A stretch of 64,000 bases of DNA, from contig JAUCBJ010008837.1 of the NCBI GenBank assembly GCA_032718475.1, positions 1 through 64,000 on the forward strand. Direction: 5' to 3'. The stretch is from Nemertoderma westbladi (lineage: Eukaryota > Animalia > Xenacoelomorpha). The first letter of the stretch is position 1. Every line of letters starts with the position of its first letter. The notes under the pieces were generated by a model that made no database searches, was not told the DNA's origin, and worked only from the letters and a program-made list of their open reading frames with translations. Both the position numbers and the translations under genes were made by a program. Shown one piece after another: positions 1-13,859 of this stretch.

Positions 1-115
1 TAGGCTTTAGAAATGTGGAAATTTTGGAATTCGTAATTAGAAATTTGTGGAATTTGTATTTATCAATGGGAGGCTTAGATCTATAGTTCAGAGACCCGTA
101 GGTTGCTACCGGACT

Positions 116-270
116 CATCCAGTTTCATAAAGTTAACCGAAACGTACATCCAGTTTCATAAAGTTAACCGAAACGTACATCCAGTTTCATAAAGTTAACC
201 GAAACGTACATCCACTTTCATAAAGTTAACCGAAACGTACATCCAGTTTCATAAAGTTATCCGTAACGTA
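116..270. repeat. 31-bp tandem repeat, 5 copies (CATCCAGTTTCATAAAGTTAACCGAAACGTA)
   Basis: Units start at 116, 147, 178, 209 and 240; 1-2 substitutions in the last two copies. Confidence 0.95.
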
Positions 271-564
271 ATTAGGGCCAAGTTTTTATCGATATATAAT
301 ATTCATTCATCTTCGCTATCGGCTTCAGCCCCACTAGCATCTTCTAGATCCTTCTTTCCACCCTTTTTCTACTGTACGCTTACTTACTGTACTTTTATAC
401 TGTACGCTTGGTACTGGTACACAGATGCTGACTAGTAAGGCAAATATTTAAAAATAATATTTAAAAAATTACACAAGTATCATAAAAATTTAACAAAATA
501 AGAAATGAACAAAGTCAGCGGATGGTCAGCTAGACATAGATATGTTATCCATTGATGAATAATA

Positions 565-869
565 AACGTTAAAAATTAACGTTAAATCAACGTTAAAAAA
601 TTTGGAAATGTCAGATCTCTGTTGATTTTTAACGTATAATTACTGTAAAAAATTAACGTTAAAAATTAACGTTAAAGTAACGTTAAAAAATATGGTATTG
701 TCCGATATTTGTAAATTTTTGACGTATAATTACTGTAAAAAATTAACGTTAAAAATTGACAGAAATCTAACGTATTTTAACGTAGGTTTATGGTTAAATT
801 CTAACTGTCATTTTTTAACGAATGTCTAACATAAACCCAACGTTAGATTAACGTTGGTGGTTTGCAGGG
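565..869. repeat. AACGTT-rich subterminal repeat cluster ending in TTTGCAGGG; possible end of a non-autonomous DNA transposon
   Basis: Many AACGTT/TTAACGTTAA palindromes and a ~90-bp duplication. The terminus reads CCCTGCAAAC on the minus strand. No partner end is seen. Confidence 0.4.
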
Positions 870-2865
870 TAGACTCAGCCAAATCCAGACAGCCCGTCTC
901 CTTGGACATCCATTTGGTTGCTCTGACTAAATGTCGGCTTGCTTTCATTTTTATTATTGACAGATTGTTAACTTACCAGGAGCTGAGTCGGGCATTGCAG
1001 TTGTTGTGACGGGATCGGAGATCCCGACCGGGTTAGAAATGTACGCGTCACCGTTCTGCTGGGCAGTCGTGCTAGTCGTTTTGGCCGAAGGCCGTTGGGG
1101 AAAACAATACGAGTTTTGTTGTTTCTCAGTATTGATTAACATAGATGATAATAGCACGTACACATGAATATAGCAGAAAAACACAGATTAATTGCTGTTA
1201 ATGGCGGTGACGGTCATTAATTATGACCGGTCTGCACTGACTGAATAACTCAACTGACCGGTAAATCAGTAATGTAGGATAATATATGGTTAACACACAT
1301 TGAATATTGATTTCACCTCTTACTGTACTTTGGCCCTCTGTACCCAATGGATGCTTTCCTGTCCCTAACCACGTGCTCCCCTCCCCACTATTGGCTAATA
1401 TACTAATTGTCGCTTTGGCACTCCCTGTGAGTGTTTCCCCTCGCTGCTAGCCTCTACTAGCTGTATTCCCTCTGAGGTGGTTTGACCTCTCACCTTTCTC
1501 TGTGGCTTTGGGGCTTGTGTCGCCCCCCCCCCCCCCCCCCCAATGTTGGTTATGATACGAGATTAATATTGGTAATCTCTATCCCCAACATATTGCTAAA
1601 ATGCCACTATCCCATTTTCTGGTGGAATGAAGTGGAATTGAATCCGCTTACAGTTGTAGTAGAGACCATCCACTGAGGCATTGATACAGCACAGGGCTAA
1701 TACGTAATAAGGGAGTTAGTTGGATGCGGCTTTGTTAAAAGGAGGAACTGTATGTATAATAATCGGATTTTGTGTGTTATTATTAGATAATCACATATTA
1801 GAGTCATTATGAAATGGCAACGTTCTGTATGAAAGCGTCCTAATTATAGTTGGCCTTCTATAGGTAGTAGCTGAGTCTGTTACAGGGCAAGAGGCAGCTA
1901 TTAAATAGCAACACTGTCTCGAACGAGTTCGGTATACTGATGTAATTCACATTAGGTGGCGCGGCCTATTTCTACTGTAGTAGGTGGGGTCTAAATTCGA
2001 GGGCGATAGTGTTCGCTAACGCCGCAAAGATACGCATTTATTTTTCTTTGTTTTTGAATATGATCATGTTTATGTACTATTCCGTCTTTATTTCCACGCA
2101 CGTTTATTTGCTAAATATCTCTTTCGTATTTATCCCAGTATCACTTTCATTGATCTTTCATTTGTTCTATAATTGTTTACACTACTTTCGTATTACTTTG
2201 TTTCCGTTATTTCACATATTTTACCTTTACATAATCACTTTACATACTTACCCTGACCCGTGCTTGTTCCATCTCCCAGAAAGTAATTTTGTAAGTAATT
2301 CAAATAGTCCTTAATTAACAAACATTATAGTGATATTTTTTGATTTGAAAGCTGTCATTGATAAAACTTCAGTCTAGATTTGTTTCTTTTTGGAATATTT
2401 TACACCTTTGTACTATACCTTTCATTCTTGCTGGTCTAAATGTTCGAACCTTTATTTAATTCTCGGCCAATTTAATAAATAATAGCGTAGGTATCATCCT
2501 TTGACCCTGAGACGCTTGACGACGTCCGGCAGTCTTGTGGATTTCATAAGTAGGCTGCCCGTGATCCTCTTACAAGGCTCTCGGCGGGCTAGCTGACCAT
2601 TATACAGTATATTAGTATCTCATCAATCATTTCTCAGTAGGCTGCCTGTGATCCCCTAACAAGGCTCTCGGCGGCTTGGCTGACCATATCACACATCAAA
2701 TTAATATTTCATTTGGGCGAGAGTCAGATATTGGTTCGTGTACATTTCTGACAGCGAAGATCACCCCCTCTCTATCCATCCACATTGTAACTTAATTAAT
2801 ACATCACTGCTCTAACCAATCAAAATAGAGATTCACTTCACACCTTTTCCAATGATAAACACAAT

Positions 2866-4043
2866 TGTTCGCGCTTTTAGACCTTTAGCAGTTTAACCTG
2901 CCAAATTTAGGTGTCTTCTAGGTTATAAATCGACTTTAGCCTATAACAAGTATTTGATACACATAAAACTACATTAGCCGAAGCCAGCCTATGCGCGATC
3001 ATTCACCCACGGTTAAGGGAGACTGGATTCGGATGCTCTGACCTTATTGCGGTGTAGGCCTACTGTATTATTCGATTGATCGTTAATATATAATCTCTGA
3101 GAAATATTATTCACTTTCGGGAAATATTAACAGTTCCTTTAGGACGTGGCGCTCTAAGTATGTAAACAGAGTTATGACTTACACTAAACACAACGGGATG
3201 GCTTATGATTTACGTATAAGGCGCATTCTTTAGGAAATGCTTTGTTATCTATCACACTCATGCACACTACCGCACACTGCTGCACACTGATCTGCCGACC
3301 TTCACTAATTTTGATCATATATAAGGAGAACAGCAACTGACACATGTAGGGTCTATGAAATAGCATTCAATTCACTCCAAAACCACTATAATGTAAGTCG
3401 CAATTGCTATATGTAACCGGTCTCACTAACCTTCAGTATATCAAGAAGATTGGGGTTTTCTGATTATTTATCGATATTCTCCAAATATAACAACATTCCA
3501 TTAACTGATAACAATTAATAACCGACAGTAAATAGCAGTAAAATAATGCGGTGAAAGGTATGTATAGTATGGTATGGGCTGACAATATGAGCAGTTTGAT
3601 AACAGTTATACGTTTCTATGATCAAAGCCGTTCTAATGTTTGGCTAAAGTCTGAAACACAGAATAATTCCACAGCCGATGTTCTGGGCTCAGGAAAAAAG
3701 GTAAACAAAGACCATAATGCATTGCGCGATTTCCCGGAGGCTTCTGTGCAAATAAAATGAAAATCGCTCTGATTGGTCGAGCCAAACAAAGAACAAAGAA
3801 AGCTCTACGAGGACATATCAGCTGATAGATGTCGTCATCTGAACTACACTGTATCAAGAGTATTTTGGCGTATTGCAGCATAAAATCGCTAGTTATGTCC
3901 GCTAAAGTACACATACAGAAAAATGGCTTTTTATGTCCACTAAAACACCTACACAGTAAGAAAACGGCTTTTTATGTCCACTAAAACACCTACAGAGTAC
4001 TTTGCGGGAAAAATGACTAGCTAGATCCGCAAAAGCCTTTACA
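2866..4043 (-). repeat. 3' LTR of the BEL/Pao element
   Basis: TGTTCGCG...CCTTTACA, a direct repeat of 51147-52316. The adjacent purine-rich tract (minus strand CTGGGAGCGG) is PPT-like. Confidence 0.92.
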
Positions 4044-4121
4044 CCGCTCCCAGAAAATGGGATTTAATTCTATAAAATATAAAAAATCACAGTTTCTAAA
4101 ATATAAAAATACTCTAAACAG

Positions 4122-5672
4122 TTAGTCTTTCTTGCGCGGACGGCGTTTACGCAGTTTTTTGAGGCTAGCAAGAGTCCTTTTCTCTTTGGGGCGAGCCACT
4201 TTACTAGGAGGGCTATAACTCCTGGGTGAAAGGGTGCAATACAATTGCATCGGAAGGTTTAGGATTACGGTCGGTGTATCCGCCGGTCGAGGTACCTGGT
4301 TGATCGATATCAACCTCAGTGGAACGAGGTCGAACAACCTTGAGAGCGCATTTTAAGACAGCAGCTCTTACTGGTCCCTGGCGGCTCGTTTGCACGAAAG
4401 CGGTAGGTGGACTGTGTGTAGTGAAAAATTTCCTCGGTTTGATGATTCTTTTCAACTCGCATTCTCAGACTCTATCGGAATCGATATGCTTCTCCTCGAG
4501 CTGATTTTCCTCCGCTTGTTGTTGGAAGCATTCGGCTAAAACTCTTTTAGAGTAGAGTCGTCCAAGTTCGATATCTTCTTAGAGATTCTGGATTTCCTGA
4601 TCGAACTGAGATAAAGCTAATTCGTTTACCGCTTGGACTTGCTGCTGCAATTTACGTTTCTCTAAACAATTGCAGGTTCCTTTTCCGATCTTTTGACGAA
4701 TAGTGTCCAATTCGTTTCGTACAACTCTCTCCTCCGCCTCGGTGACAGGTTGTATCGGGTTAAACCGGGACGATGATACGGTTTAATGGCGATATTAGAT
4801 GTCCGCGTCCCAATCCGACTAGGTAAGATGGGAGAATATTTAGGGAGCCCACAACCGGAGTGCCACCGACTAATTGTTCGGGTAACACTAGATCTTTGAA
4901 CAGTGAGTACAGTTCGGGAGGATCCGTGATACTATTAGGATCAAGAATCTGAGGTCTAACGAGGGAATGAGGAGGTCTGACCGAGTATTCCGGAACTCTG
5001 ATCATAGGTTTATTTAAGGATCGTTTGAATCGAGCGAGCGTAGGTGATACATCGAACAAGTTTCGCTCGAAACTCCCGTAAATATAGCGAGTAAAACTGT
5101 GTTTAAAGCAATGTCTCCGTGGATGTTTATGTCTTTCCGTTTGTTGGTTGGGTCTTGGGCATTCATCGCAATAATACCAAAGACGCATGTCTTGTAGGGG
5201 AAACGCTGGTGATATTTATTCGGTTTTACAATGTTTCTCTCAAGAATTCCAAATATACGTTGGAGTTACCGCGTTTATCCGGTTCTTTAACATCTTCTCT
5301 TTCGAGTCGATTTCGAATAGAATTTTCGCATTCGATTTTCAGTTTATCGTTCCGACTCCGCTGGGTATGATATTTAAATAAAACCATTTCCCTTTCGGTG
5401 TCTATATCGTCCGTATCGTGTAAATCGATAGGATGGCCAGTAGTTAAGAAGTCCATATACGTACCATTACGATGCGTGTAGCGAGCGGTGAATTTTCTAT
5501 AGTCCAATTCACGCGTGAGTTGCTCCTGGGACATTGGCGGTTCGATATAACGACCATCGTCCTCCGTAGTAGTTGGACTAGCATCGCCGCGTATTAAGCT
5601 ATCAACAAACGCTTGCAACGGTAGAGTATATCGCTCCCTGATACCAAGATCATCTTCTATCAACTCAGTCAT
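4122..5672 (-). pseudogene. Degenerate accessory ORF between BEL pol and the 3' LTR (Cys/His cluster, coiled-coil segment, basic C-terminus)
   Basis: Consecutive minus-strand ORFs 5226-5672, 4760-5188, 4213-4455 and 4122-4337, with protein-like sequence continuing through the stops (CDEC...H..H.C..H; EERVVRNELDTIRQK). Confidence 0.5.
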
Positions 5673-5777
5673 AGCTGCTATATGAGTTTATCAATATTAT
5701 AATGAGTTTATAATTAGGCTAGCGGGCGTCGCTGCCTACCCCTCACGGCCCCCGGACAGTGCAAGATCCTCAGCGCT

Positions 5778-5869
5778 GATGTACTGTCGCCGCTGTGCCT
5801 ATCGCCAACATAGTAGCTGCACAGATGTACTGTCGCCGCTGTGCCTATCGCCAACATAGTAGCTGCACA
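5778..5869. repeat. 46-bp tandem duplication
   Basis: GATGTACTGTCGCCGCTGTGCCTATCGCCAACATAGTAGCTGCACA occurs twice. Confidence 0.9.
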
Positions 5870-7426
5870 ACGACAATAACAACCAGCGCGAGTCAGTCCA
5901 CTGTCCGTCCCAAGGGCTTAGATTTACTTCAGGTTCTTACTGCAGAGTTAGGGCTACTTTCACAATTGCGACTCGCTACTGTAAACACACTTTAGTAGTA
6001 ACATTCACCTATAAACGCACAAATTCCACACAACTGTAACAAACCGCACACATTCGGGCCATTTGTCCATTAGTCAAGTGCCTTCCAGAATGCCACGTTA
6101 TTATTGGGTATCCTTGGATACTAGCAGTGTGCTATTTATTCCTTATGCTATTCAATGGGGCAAGCTTTATTGTTCTTTTAACTCACTTCTAATTCTAGCG
6201 TGGTTGTTGCCATGGTGACATTATGGAAAGCTAGCAGTAGAATTAGGGTAATTCTCATGCATACAGATCTGGGATGCTATTTAATAGTAGTTCTTTAATT
6301 GTCAATATTCCTCTTTATACATGATTTTATGAATTTTATCGGCTATTGACTATATATTGGAGATTCTCGCACCTTAATACACTTAATAGGGTGAATCTCC
6401 GCTCCCATGATCTATTAATTAATGGAATTTTGGGAATGTTATAAATTGCATAAAATGACAATTTATCAAATTCATTAAAAGAGATGAATTTAAATTTATT
6501 CCCGTAAATTTTATTATTTAATATTAAAAATATACACAATTTTATTCCAGAACATGTCTGGGGACTGGGATCCTTGATTCTAGGAAATTTGTCTTTTTAA
6601 GAGTATCGGTAAGTGCTATGATATCTTAATATACTAGAATTTTAAAGGATCTAAAATTTTACAGATTTTAATTTATAGATTTTCTAGAGTTAACTTGTAT
6701 GTAGTTACTCTATTGTATTTATTTGACAGATTTTACAAATATTAATAGTTAATATTTAAGATGGGCACCGGTTTATTCCAGAACATGTCTGGGGACGTTA
6801 ACCATTGATTCTAGAATTTTGTCTTTCAAGTATATCGGTGGGTGCTGCGATATCTTAATCGACTAGAATTACAGATGGTCAAAGGGTTTAACAGATTTAT
6901 TTTGCGTTTTACGCTACTGTTAAAGGGACATCACGCTACTATATGTATTATTTAATATGCGGTATGAGAGCAATATCGCAAGAAGCAATGTCAGTGAGAA
7001 GAGGCAAGTCGTTTCCAAGGTCTACCCAGAGCTTGGTTTAGCCGAGACACGAGGATCTGAACTTTGCATTCCTAATACTCTACTTACCAATAATACTTAA
7101 ATATAGTAGGAGCTTTATTGTACTTTAATAAGTACGGACATTTCATCTTACTGTAGTCACGTATTTATAATATGATACGAACAGTAAGGAAAGAGAATAA
7201 TAATTATTTCTCGCCGTCGCACTAAATATATAATATATAAGTAATTAAGTAATAAACGCGAATATATATGTGGCACTAATCTACTAAATAATCGCTAAAA
7301 TAACATTCTAATAAATAAAAGTTAAAGAAAACGATTATAATAAAATTACATAATAATACATACATAAGTATAAAATAATAAAAGCAAATATAAAATAATA
7401 TAGTCACACACCCACTCCAGACGCTG

Positions 7427-10400
7427 TTACGTTGGGGAGTCCCTAGATGTTTGTTGGATTAGGGAGGTGGTCGTGGGAAGAGTATCTTGCCTTCCATAGT
7501 TTCCGGAGAGTTCTCTGTCTCTTTCCAGTAAACATAAACGACCAACTGGGCGATTGAGCTGCTGCATCTCGAAGACAATTCCCGGTTTCTTAAAGTTACG
7601 TCGCATGACGACGAGTTCTACCGATCGCACCAAACCATCATCCGAGATATGAGTCTCGATGATACGACCTGTCTGCCACCGCTTACGTGGAAGATCTGAA
7701 TCCACAATAAGGACCATGTCTCCGGCGCTGACGTTTTCTTGCTGCGCAAACCACTTAGTTCGAAGTTGTTCGAAGGCAGATAATGTTTTTCGAAATGGTC
7801 AGCGAAACGATGGGATAACAACTGCATAAGTTGCCAAGTTTGCCGGCAGTATTCATCTCCGTCCGTGATTTCCGATCGTGGGAGCATGGCTACAGGTTTC
7901 TTCAGTAGGAAGTGCGCGGGTGTTAGCGCTTCCAGGGAATCGGGACTCGATGAGACTGGCATAAGCGGTCTCTCGTTGAGATAGGCGGCGATTTCCTCCA
8001 TTAATGTCCGCAAAAGTTCGTCGGTGAGATACGCGCGGCACGGCACTATAAAGTGAAATGCGGTCTTCACGCTTCTGATTAATCTCTCCCAACTTCCTCC
8101 CCACCACGGGGCGTCGGCGGCGTTGAAGGCCCAGCTAGACGCTGTTACCCTTAGCTGATCATCCACCTGTCTTTGGTTCCAATCTTTAACGTAAGCCTTG
8201 ATTTCATTGTTGGCACCAATGAAGTTCGTTCCCTTATCAGATCTCATCGTGTTACTAGTTCCAAAGCGAGCGATCTGTCGGCGTAAGCTCAATACGAAGC
8301 TATTGGTAGATAAATCGTTCACCATATCGAGATGGATAGCTCTACAAGTCATACAGACAAAGATGACACACCATCTCTTGACTATAGTCCTAGCACGATA
8401 TACTTCAATAGGGCCAAATAAATCCACACCGGTATTAGTAAAGGGTGGTTCATAGAAGCTTACTCGTTCCCTAGGTAATTCTGCCTCTCGCTGTGTTAAA
8501 GGCCTACTGAACGCTTTCCTACAGGGTATACAGTTCCTAAGAACTTGGTTCAGAGCTCTACGGGGTTTATAAAAATAATAGCGAGTTCGAATTTCGCTAA
8601 GAACTCGTTCTCTACCAGCATGATAAAAGCCTACTGTGAACATCTACAATCATCTTGATTTGTATTTAAAGATTTCTAATGAGTATGGGAAACTTAGTGT
8701 CAAAGGGTAATGGAGCATTAGTTAGTCTTCCTCCAACAAGTATTAACCCATCTATCATTGTGCTAGAGAAACGATCCCTTAAGCGCATCTGTGGATTTCT
8801 CAACAACAGGAAATACTTATCGGAATCCTCATAGCATTGCAGGAGTCTCAGTATCTGCTTATTGGTTTCTTCATGCTCCTGGTAACTGATCTGCTCCTTC
8901 AGAAACCTTTCTGATATCTTATATTTGGGAAGATCTTTAACAACATGGACGTGCGCAGATGTCGGTGGAGCGGTATCGCTAGCGATCTTCGTCCTGGAGT
9001 AGTGATGATGAAAACATCGCTTTAAATAAGCAACGGCCTTACAAAGCCGATTCCAGGAGCTATAGTGATGTATCGCTCTCTGCAGGCTGCGAGACGTCTG
9101 GTGTTCCAGATTTCCAATCTCTCTCTCTGATTTCCACAACAGACTTATTTGTGGCGGGGAATTGTGGATCCAAAGCATCGTCTCCGGAAACGTGTAGTAC
9201 AGACAGATCTATCGCGGGTTTAAATAACTTCGATTTACTCGCCCGGGTTTTAGGTTTGACTTTCTCCGCTCCCTTGACTTGTCTAATCTCAGCCGTGGTA
9301 AGATGAGGAGGCCATTCATCCTCTTCCTTACTCAGGAAGTCGGGTCCACCCAACCAGTCTGGAGTATCTATCAGTTCCTGTGGAGTCGCTCCCCTGGAGG
9401 CGATATCGGCTGGATTAATCGTCCCGGGGCAATGTCTCCATTGATCTATCTTCGTACGACTAAGTATAATGGCTACTCTGTTGGTAACGAAGATGCTGAA
9501 CTGACAAACTTCATTGGTTATATACTCCAACACGAGTAAAGCATTGGTCCAATAGACAGTTTTCTCCAGTGGATAGTCGATCTGTTCTGTTACATTCCGG
9601 CCGATGGCTGTAGCGTATAGAGCCGCTTTTAACTCCGCTCGAGGAACTTTCAACTTGTTGTTTATCAAGGCCTTAGAGGTAACCAAGGCGACCTTAATTC
9701 CATCCGGAGTTTAACTCTCAGGTAGGCTACTATACCTATTCCCATGTTGCTGGCGTCTCCAAACATATGGAGTTGATAGGAATACGTGGGGAGAACATGA
9801 CCAAAATATGAACGGGAAATTAGAAAGTTCTCGATGGATGGTAGAGAATCCTCCCATTTCATCCACTTCTTTAATAGTTCTCCCTTAAGTGGATCGTCTC
9901 ATGAGTGGTTTTCAAGCCACATTTGTTGTACTAAACTCAGAGCAATCAATATAACTGGGCTAATAAATCCCAATTGATCGAAATAAGTGCTCAGGATACT
10001 TAGACAAATCCGTTTAGTCTGAACTGGATTATCTCGCTGTTTTAGCTGGAAAAACAGGATATCTCTCTCCGTGTCCCATTTCAAACCAAGCGTCTTGGTT
10101 TCTGGAAGATCGTCCTTGATTAGGTCTAGATCTTTAACTCCTCGGACTTCTACCGGGATCGATTCCAGAAACTCACGGGAGTTGCTGGTGAATTTAGTTA
10201 ATCGAAATCCACCTCTTTTCAAGCACTCTACCATTCCTTTGGCGACATCAATGGCTTCTTCCACCAATGGGAGGGACTTTAAATTGTCGTCCATGTATAT
10301 ATCCCGTTTGATGTTGTCGATAACCTCTTTGGAGAAGGCATCCCGGTTGTCATCAGCAGTGGTGCGCACTACTGAGCAGGCGTTTGAAGGGCTCGAGATG

Positions 10401-12352
10401 ATCCCAAAAGCCTGGATGGTCATCCAGTACTCCACCGGTTTCTGGTTGAGGTCTCCTTCAGGCCAGCACAGAAATCGTAGGCTGTCTCGATCTCTATCCA
10501 GCGCCTTAACTTGTAAGAACATGCCTTCTATATCAGAGGCGAAAGCGATTGATTATTGTCGTAATCTTAAGAGTATTCCCAACAAGGATTGTAGTAAGTT
10601 GGGTCCTGGCAACAACTCGGAGTTAAGGGATTGGCCCATGTAGAGGGCGGAGCCGTCAAATACTACCCGGACTTCGTTGGGTTTACCGGGTTTGGGAACG
10701 TAATGGTGTGTTAAATAGTACGTTCTCTCAGTTATGGGTGTTCCTTCCGGTACTCGCTCCACATATCCCTTGTCAATGAATTTCTTCAGCTGGGTCTTGT
10801 ACATCTCCTTAGCTGAAGCATTTGCCGTAAGGCGTCGATGTAGCTGCGCAATTCTCTTCTCCGCCAAGGGTAGGTTGTTTATAAAATTGAGTTCTCGCCG
10901 TCGGAAGGGCAGACCAATCTCATATCTACCTTGATCTTTAAGAAAACGTGTAGTCGTTTCTTGTATCTGCTTGGCTCTTTCTTCTTCTACCGATAGGGCC
11001 TTATCGTAGGAATTGGGCTCTACAGCCTCTTGAGTAAAGAATCGTACGGCGTGTTCATCACGAGTCTTCGCGTTGTAGCGATCTATCACTTCATTCAGTT
11101 CGTCGTTGTAGTCGACTTGTCCTGCTGGATGAATGAGGTGACATAGGTTCACTTGGTTTTGCCAAGTTTTGTTTTCTGTAAGGAGGTCGATGGTATTCTC
11201 CTCATCGAAGAGTTGGTGGATATCGTCATTATCTGACGAGTATGGTATTCCCTCAGTTGTGTCGTCTACCTCACTGATCTCCTCTTCCCATTCACTTACC
11301 TGGTAGACCCGTTCTTTGGGTAACCTTTCCATGAGAGTTCTACGGGAAGGGCCAGTAAAGTACCAACCTACTCTAGTTCTTCCCGCATAGGTTTGTAGTG
11401 GTTGCGGTTGAGCAGGCCGTTTCTCCAATGTCTCAAGCGCCTCATGCGCATTTTGGCCGATGAGTATTTGCACTCCAGGGTAGTCTGTGTTGAATCTAGG
11501 TATCTTATGCTGCTGGGTGAAGTCGTCCTCATCCCAGTTATAAGGTTCCACTTGGCTGGTAGCGAAGTTCTTTATCGCCACCATTTTTACTGACCTTATA
11601 CTGTGTTCTCCTAGTTCATCCTGGGGGGTGGACAACGCGCCTACATAGTAATCTGTAGTTACTGTAGATTTCCAAACCTGCATAATTCCTGACATGTTCA
11701 ACTTAGTTCGGAACTTGGGTTGTCCAGCAAAGATGTCTTCGGCTAGTTCTTTGTCGATGAATGTTCCTGTGCTGCTGGAGTCAAGGAGGGCGTTCACTAT
11801 ATAGCTCTTTTTTGGCCCGTGGACTCTCAACTGCACTACGGGAAATTCTCGGATTCCTACGTTGGAAGTTGGTGCTTTCCAAGATGGTTGTCGGTCAGGA
11901 GTAGTTAGGGGGAGCTCACTGTCGGTTTCTTTCTCATACGTAAGTGCTCGATACACTGCGGTATTTATTAGGTAACAAGATTCGTTTTTGTCGGAGAATT
12001 CATCCGTATAGAATCCTTCCATCTCAGAACTTTGGTCAGTGTCGTTCACATCACTGAATTGGACATGTAGTTCGGACTCACTTACCTGACTCGGGCGGTT
12101 TCTTTCGAATTCAGTGTGCAACAAGATATGATGTTTCGCGCCGAACTTTGCACACCTTGTGTCGGAATAACAGGTTCGCCGTTGGTGTCCTTGTCTGAGG
12201 CAATTATAACACAACCGCTTATCCCACATGACTTCACGTCTATCTTTTAGTGATTTCTTTAAAAATTTATCACATACACTTAAATGGTGGGGCCCGTCGC
12301 ACAGCGCACATTTTGGTTTGATGTTACTCACCTTACCTTGGGTAACGTTGTG
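7427..12352 (-). pseudogene. BEL/Pao polyprotein, 3' part: zinc knuckles, aspartic protease, RT, RNase H, integrase, DUF5641-like tail; stops and frameshifts
   Basis: CALCDGPHHLSVC / CYNCLRQGHQRRTC / CAKFGAKHHILLH knuckles; ALLDSSS protease; YMDD; LHMFGDAS; TGVDLFGP, SDKGTNF and PWWGGSWERL integrase motifs. Confidence 0.93.
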
Positions 12353-13357
12353 AGTAGTAGGGTCTTGGTCCTCTCTGTGACACTTGGACCTCACTGACAC
12401 CCATTGGGTGTCATATGACACCCAATTATCACCCATAGGGTGTCATTGGCGCCAGACTGTCTGGGTGACACCTCCCAATTAGGCTAATTAGATCCTAATT
12501 GACAGGTGTCATCAATTAATTAGTACAATTAAACCCTAATAGGTGTCTTACGACTCCTAATTAGGGTTTAATTGATTATCCTAATTAATCAGACTGATTA
12601 GCGCCCTGACACACAATGGGTCATCAGTGTTGTCCAAGTGTCACAGAGCCGGAGCAAGAGGGTGTCATAAGTGACACCGCAGCTCTTTTATTTATTAATA
12701 CTTATTTATTTGTACTTTATTTTAAATTAATTAATTGTATTTATTTTTACTTTATTTATTTGTACTTAATTTTAGATTTACCAATAATTAGTTTTATATA
12801 TTGGTTTCTAAATGACCTCATTGACTTTCATCTCGTTATCCTTAGCCATAGGGTATACAGCTCCCTTACTGGTAACTAATTACTCTTATCTATTTCCAGA
12901 CAGCTTTTTCGTTGACCTTTGACCCCCAATTAGCTTTAACCAAGCAACAACCAATTAATAATAGTTGTATCCAAGCGCCCCGCCCTCTATTGTGACACCT
13001 CTGATTACTAATTACTCTTACCTATATCCAGCCGTCTGCAGTTCCATAGTCTGCCGCTAGAGGGCGTATTATTTGAAAATTATCATCTTCTCTAGCTTTG
13101 TTATTTACAATCCGCAAAACTATGAAGTTATATTGCTTAAGAGTTCTAAGGGGCGAGCCATGAGGCAAGATGTTTGAGGCTTATTTATTTATATTTAATT
13201 TTAATTAATTATTTGTATTCTATTTTACTTTATTTATTCATTTGTACTTTATTTTAAATTAAATATTTGTATTACTTTTACTTTATACATTGATTTCTAT
13301 TTTTAGATTAATTAGTTTTTATATTACCAATGAGATCACTATGACATAATGTCTATA
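12353..13357 (+). repeat. Left terminal inverted repeat (~1 kb) of the reduced element
   Basis: Reverse complement of ~26171-27204; the inner boundary is approximate. Confidence 0.9.
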
Positions 13358-13859
13358 ATTAACTTTATAATGGCTATGGTATACGGCTCCCTACTGGCAA
13401 CTATCAACTACGTTCATCGGCGGGGGGCCCCTCCTCTATCCGCATTATTCATTAACTAGATACAACAGGCAGTGAATCTACACGTATACCCCCAAGGCAA
13501 ATATAAATGAGCAGTCCCGTCTGTTAGCAGCCCCTTCGATGACTCACTAATAATCCCATCGCGGCCTTGACTACACCAAATCCGTATATCGCTCAAGGCT
13601 AATGCTCTAGCGGCCCTCCTTTGTTCTCATTATAGCATCACTCGGGTCCTTTCCTATATCCAGGCAGCCGATATCATAACAATGAAGCGCCTCTAAACAT
13701 GCATTCCTCTCTACTAATCCCTTTCCTTTGCACCAGACCTGCTTCTGTTATACAGTCAACTCAACATAATTAGTCAAGTTGCCTACAGGAGTTTTCTAAT
13801 ATAGATTCATCAACACGAGAAGTTGCCCTGGTAACCGCTTATGCATGAACACACAATTA

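Noticed and set aside
116-270. 31-bp repeats as a CRISPR array
   Set aside because: The units are directly adjacent with no unique spacers; the context is eukaryotic and there are no cas genes.
1560-2500. Possible decayed non-LTR retrotransposon fragment
   Set aside because: No recognisable RT motifs could be recovered by eye.
3551-3760. Identical 69-aa ORF at 3551 and 51831
   Set aside because: It lies inside the LTRs, starts with GTG and has no motif; the identity reflects LTR duplication.
7000-7420. TG preceded by a purine-rich tract at ~7408 as the BEL 3' LTR
   Set aside because: There is no second copy in the window. The true LTR pair with TSD is 2866-4043 and 51147-52316.
12353-12436. 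N-terminus MGDNWVSYD... of ORF 10553-12436, ORF 27121-27495 and the twin 87-aa ORFs (12616-12879, 26668-26931)
   Set aside because: These are chance read-through of non-coding TIR sequence into or out of the interrupted gag.
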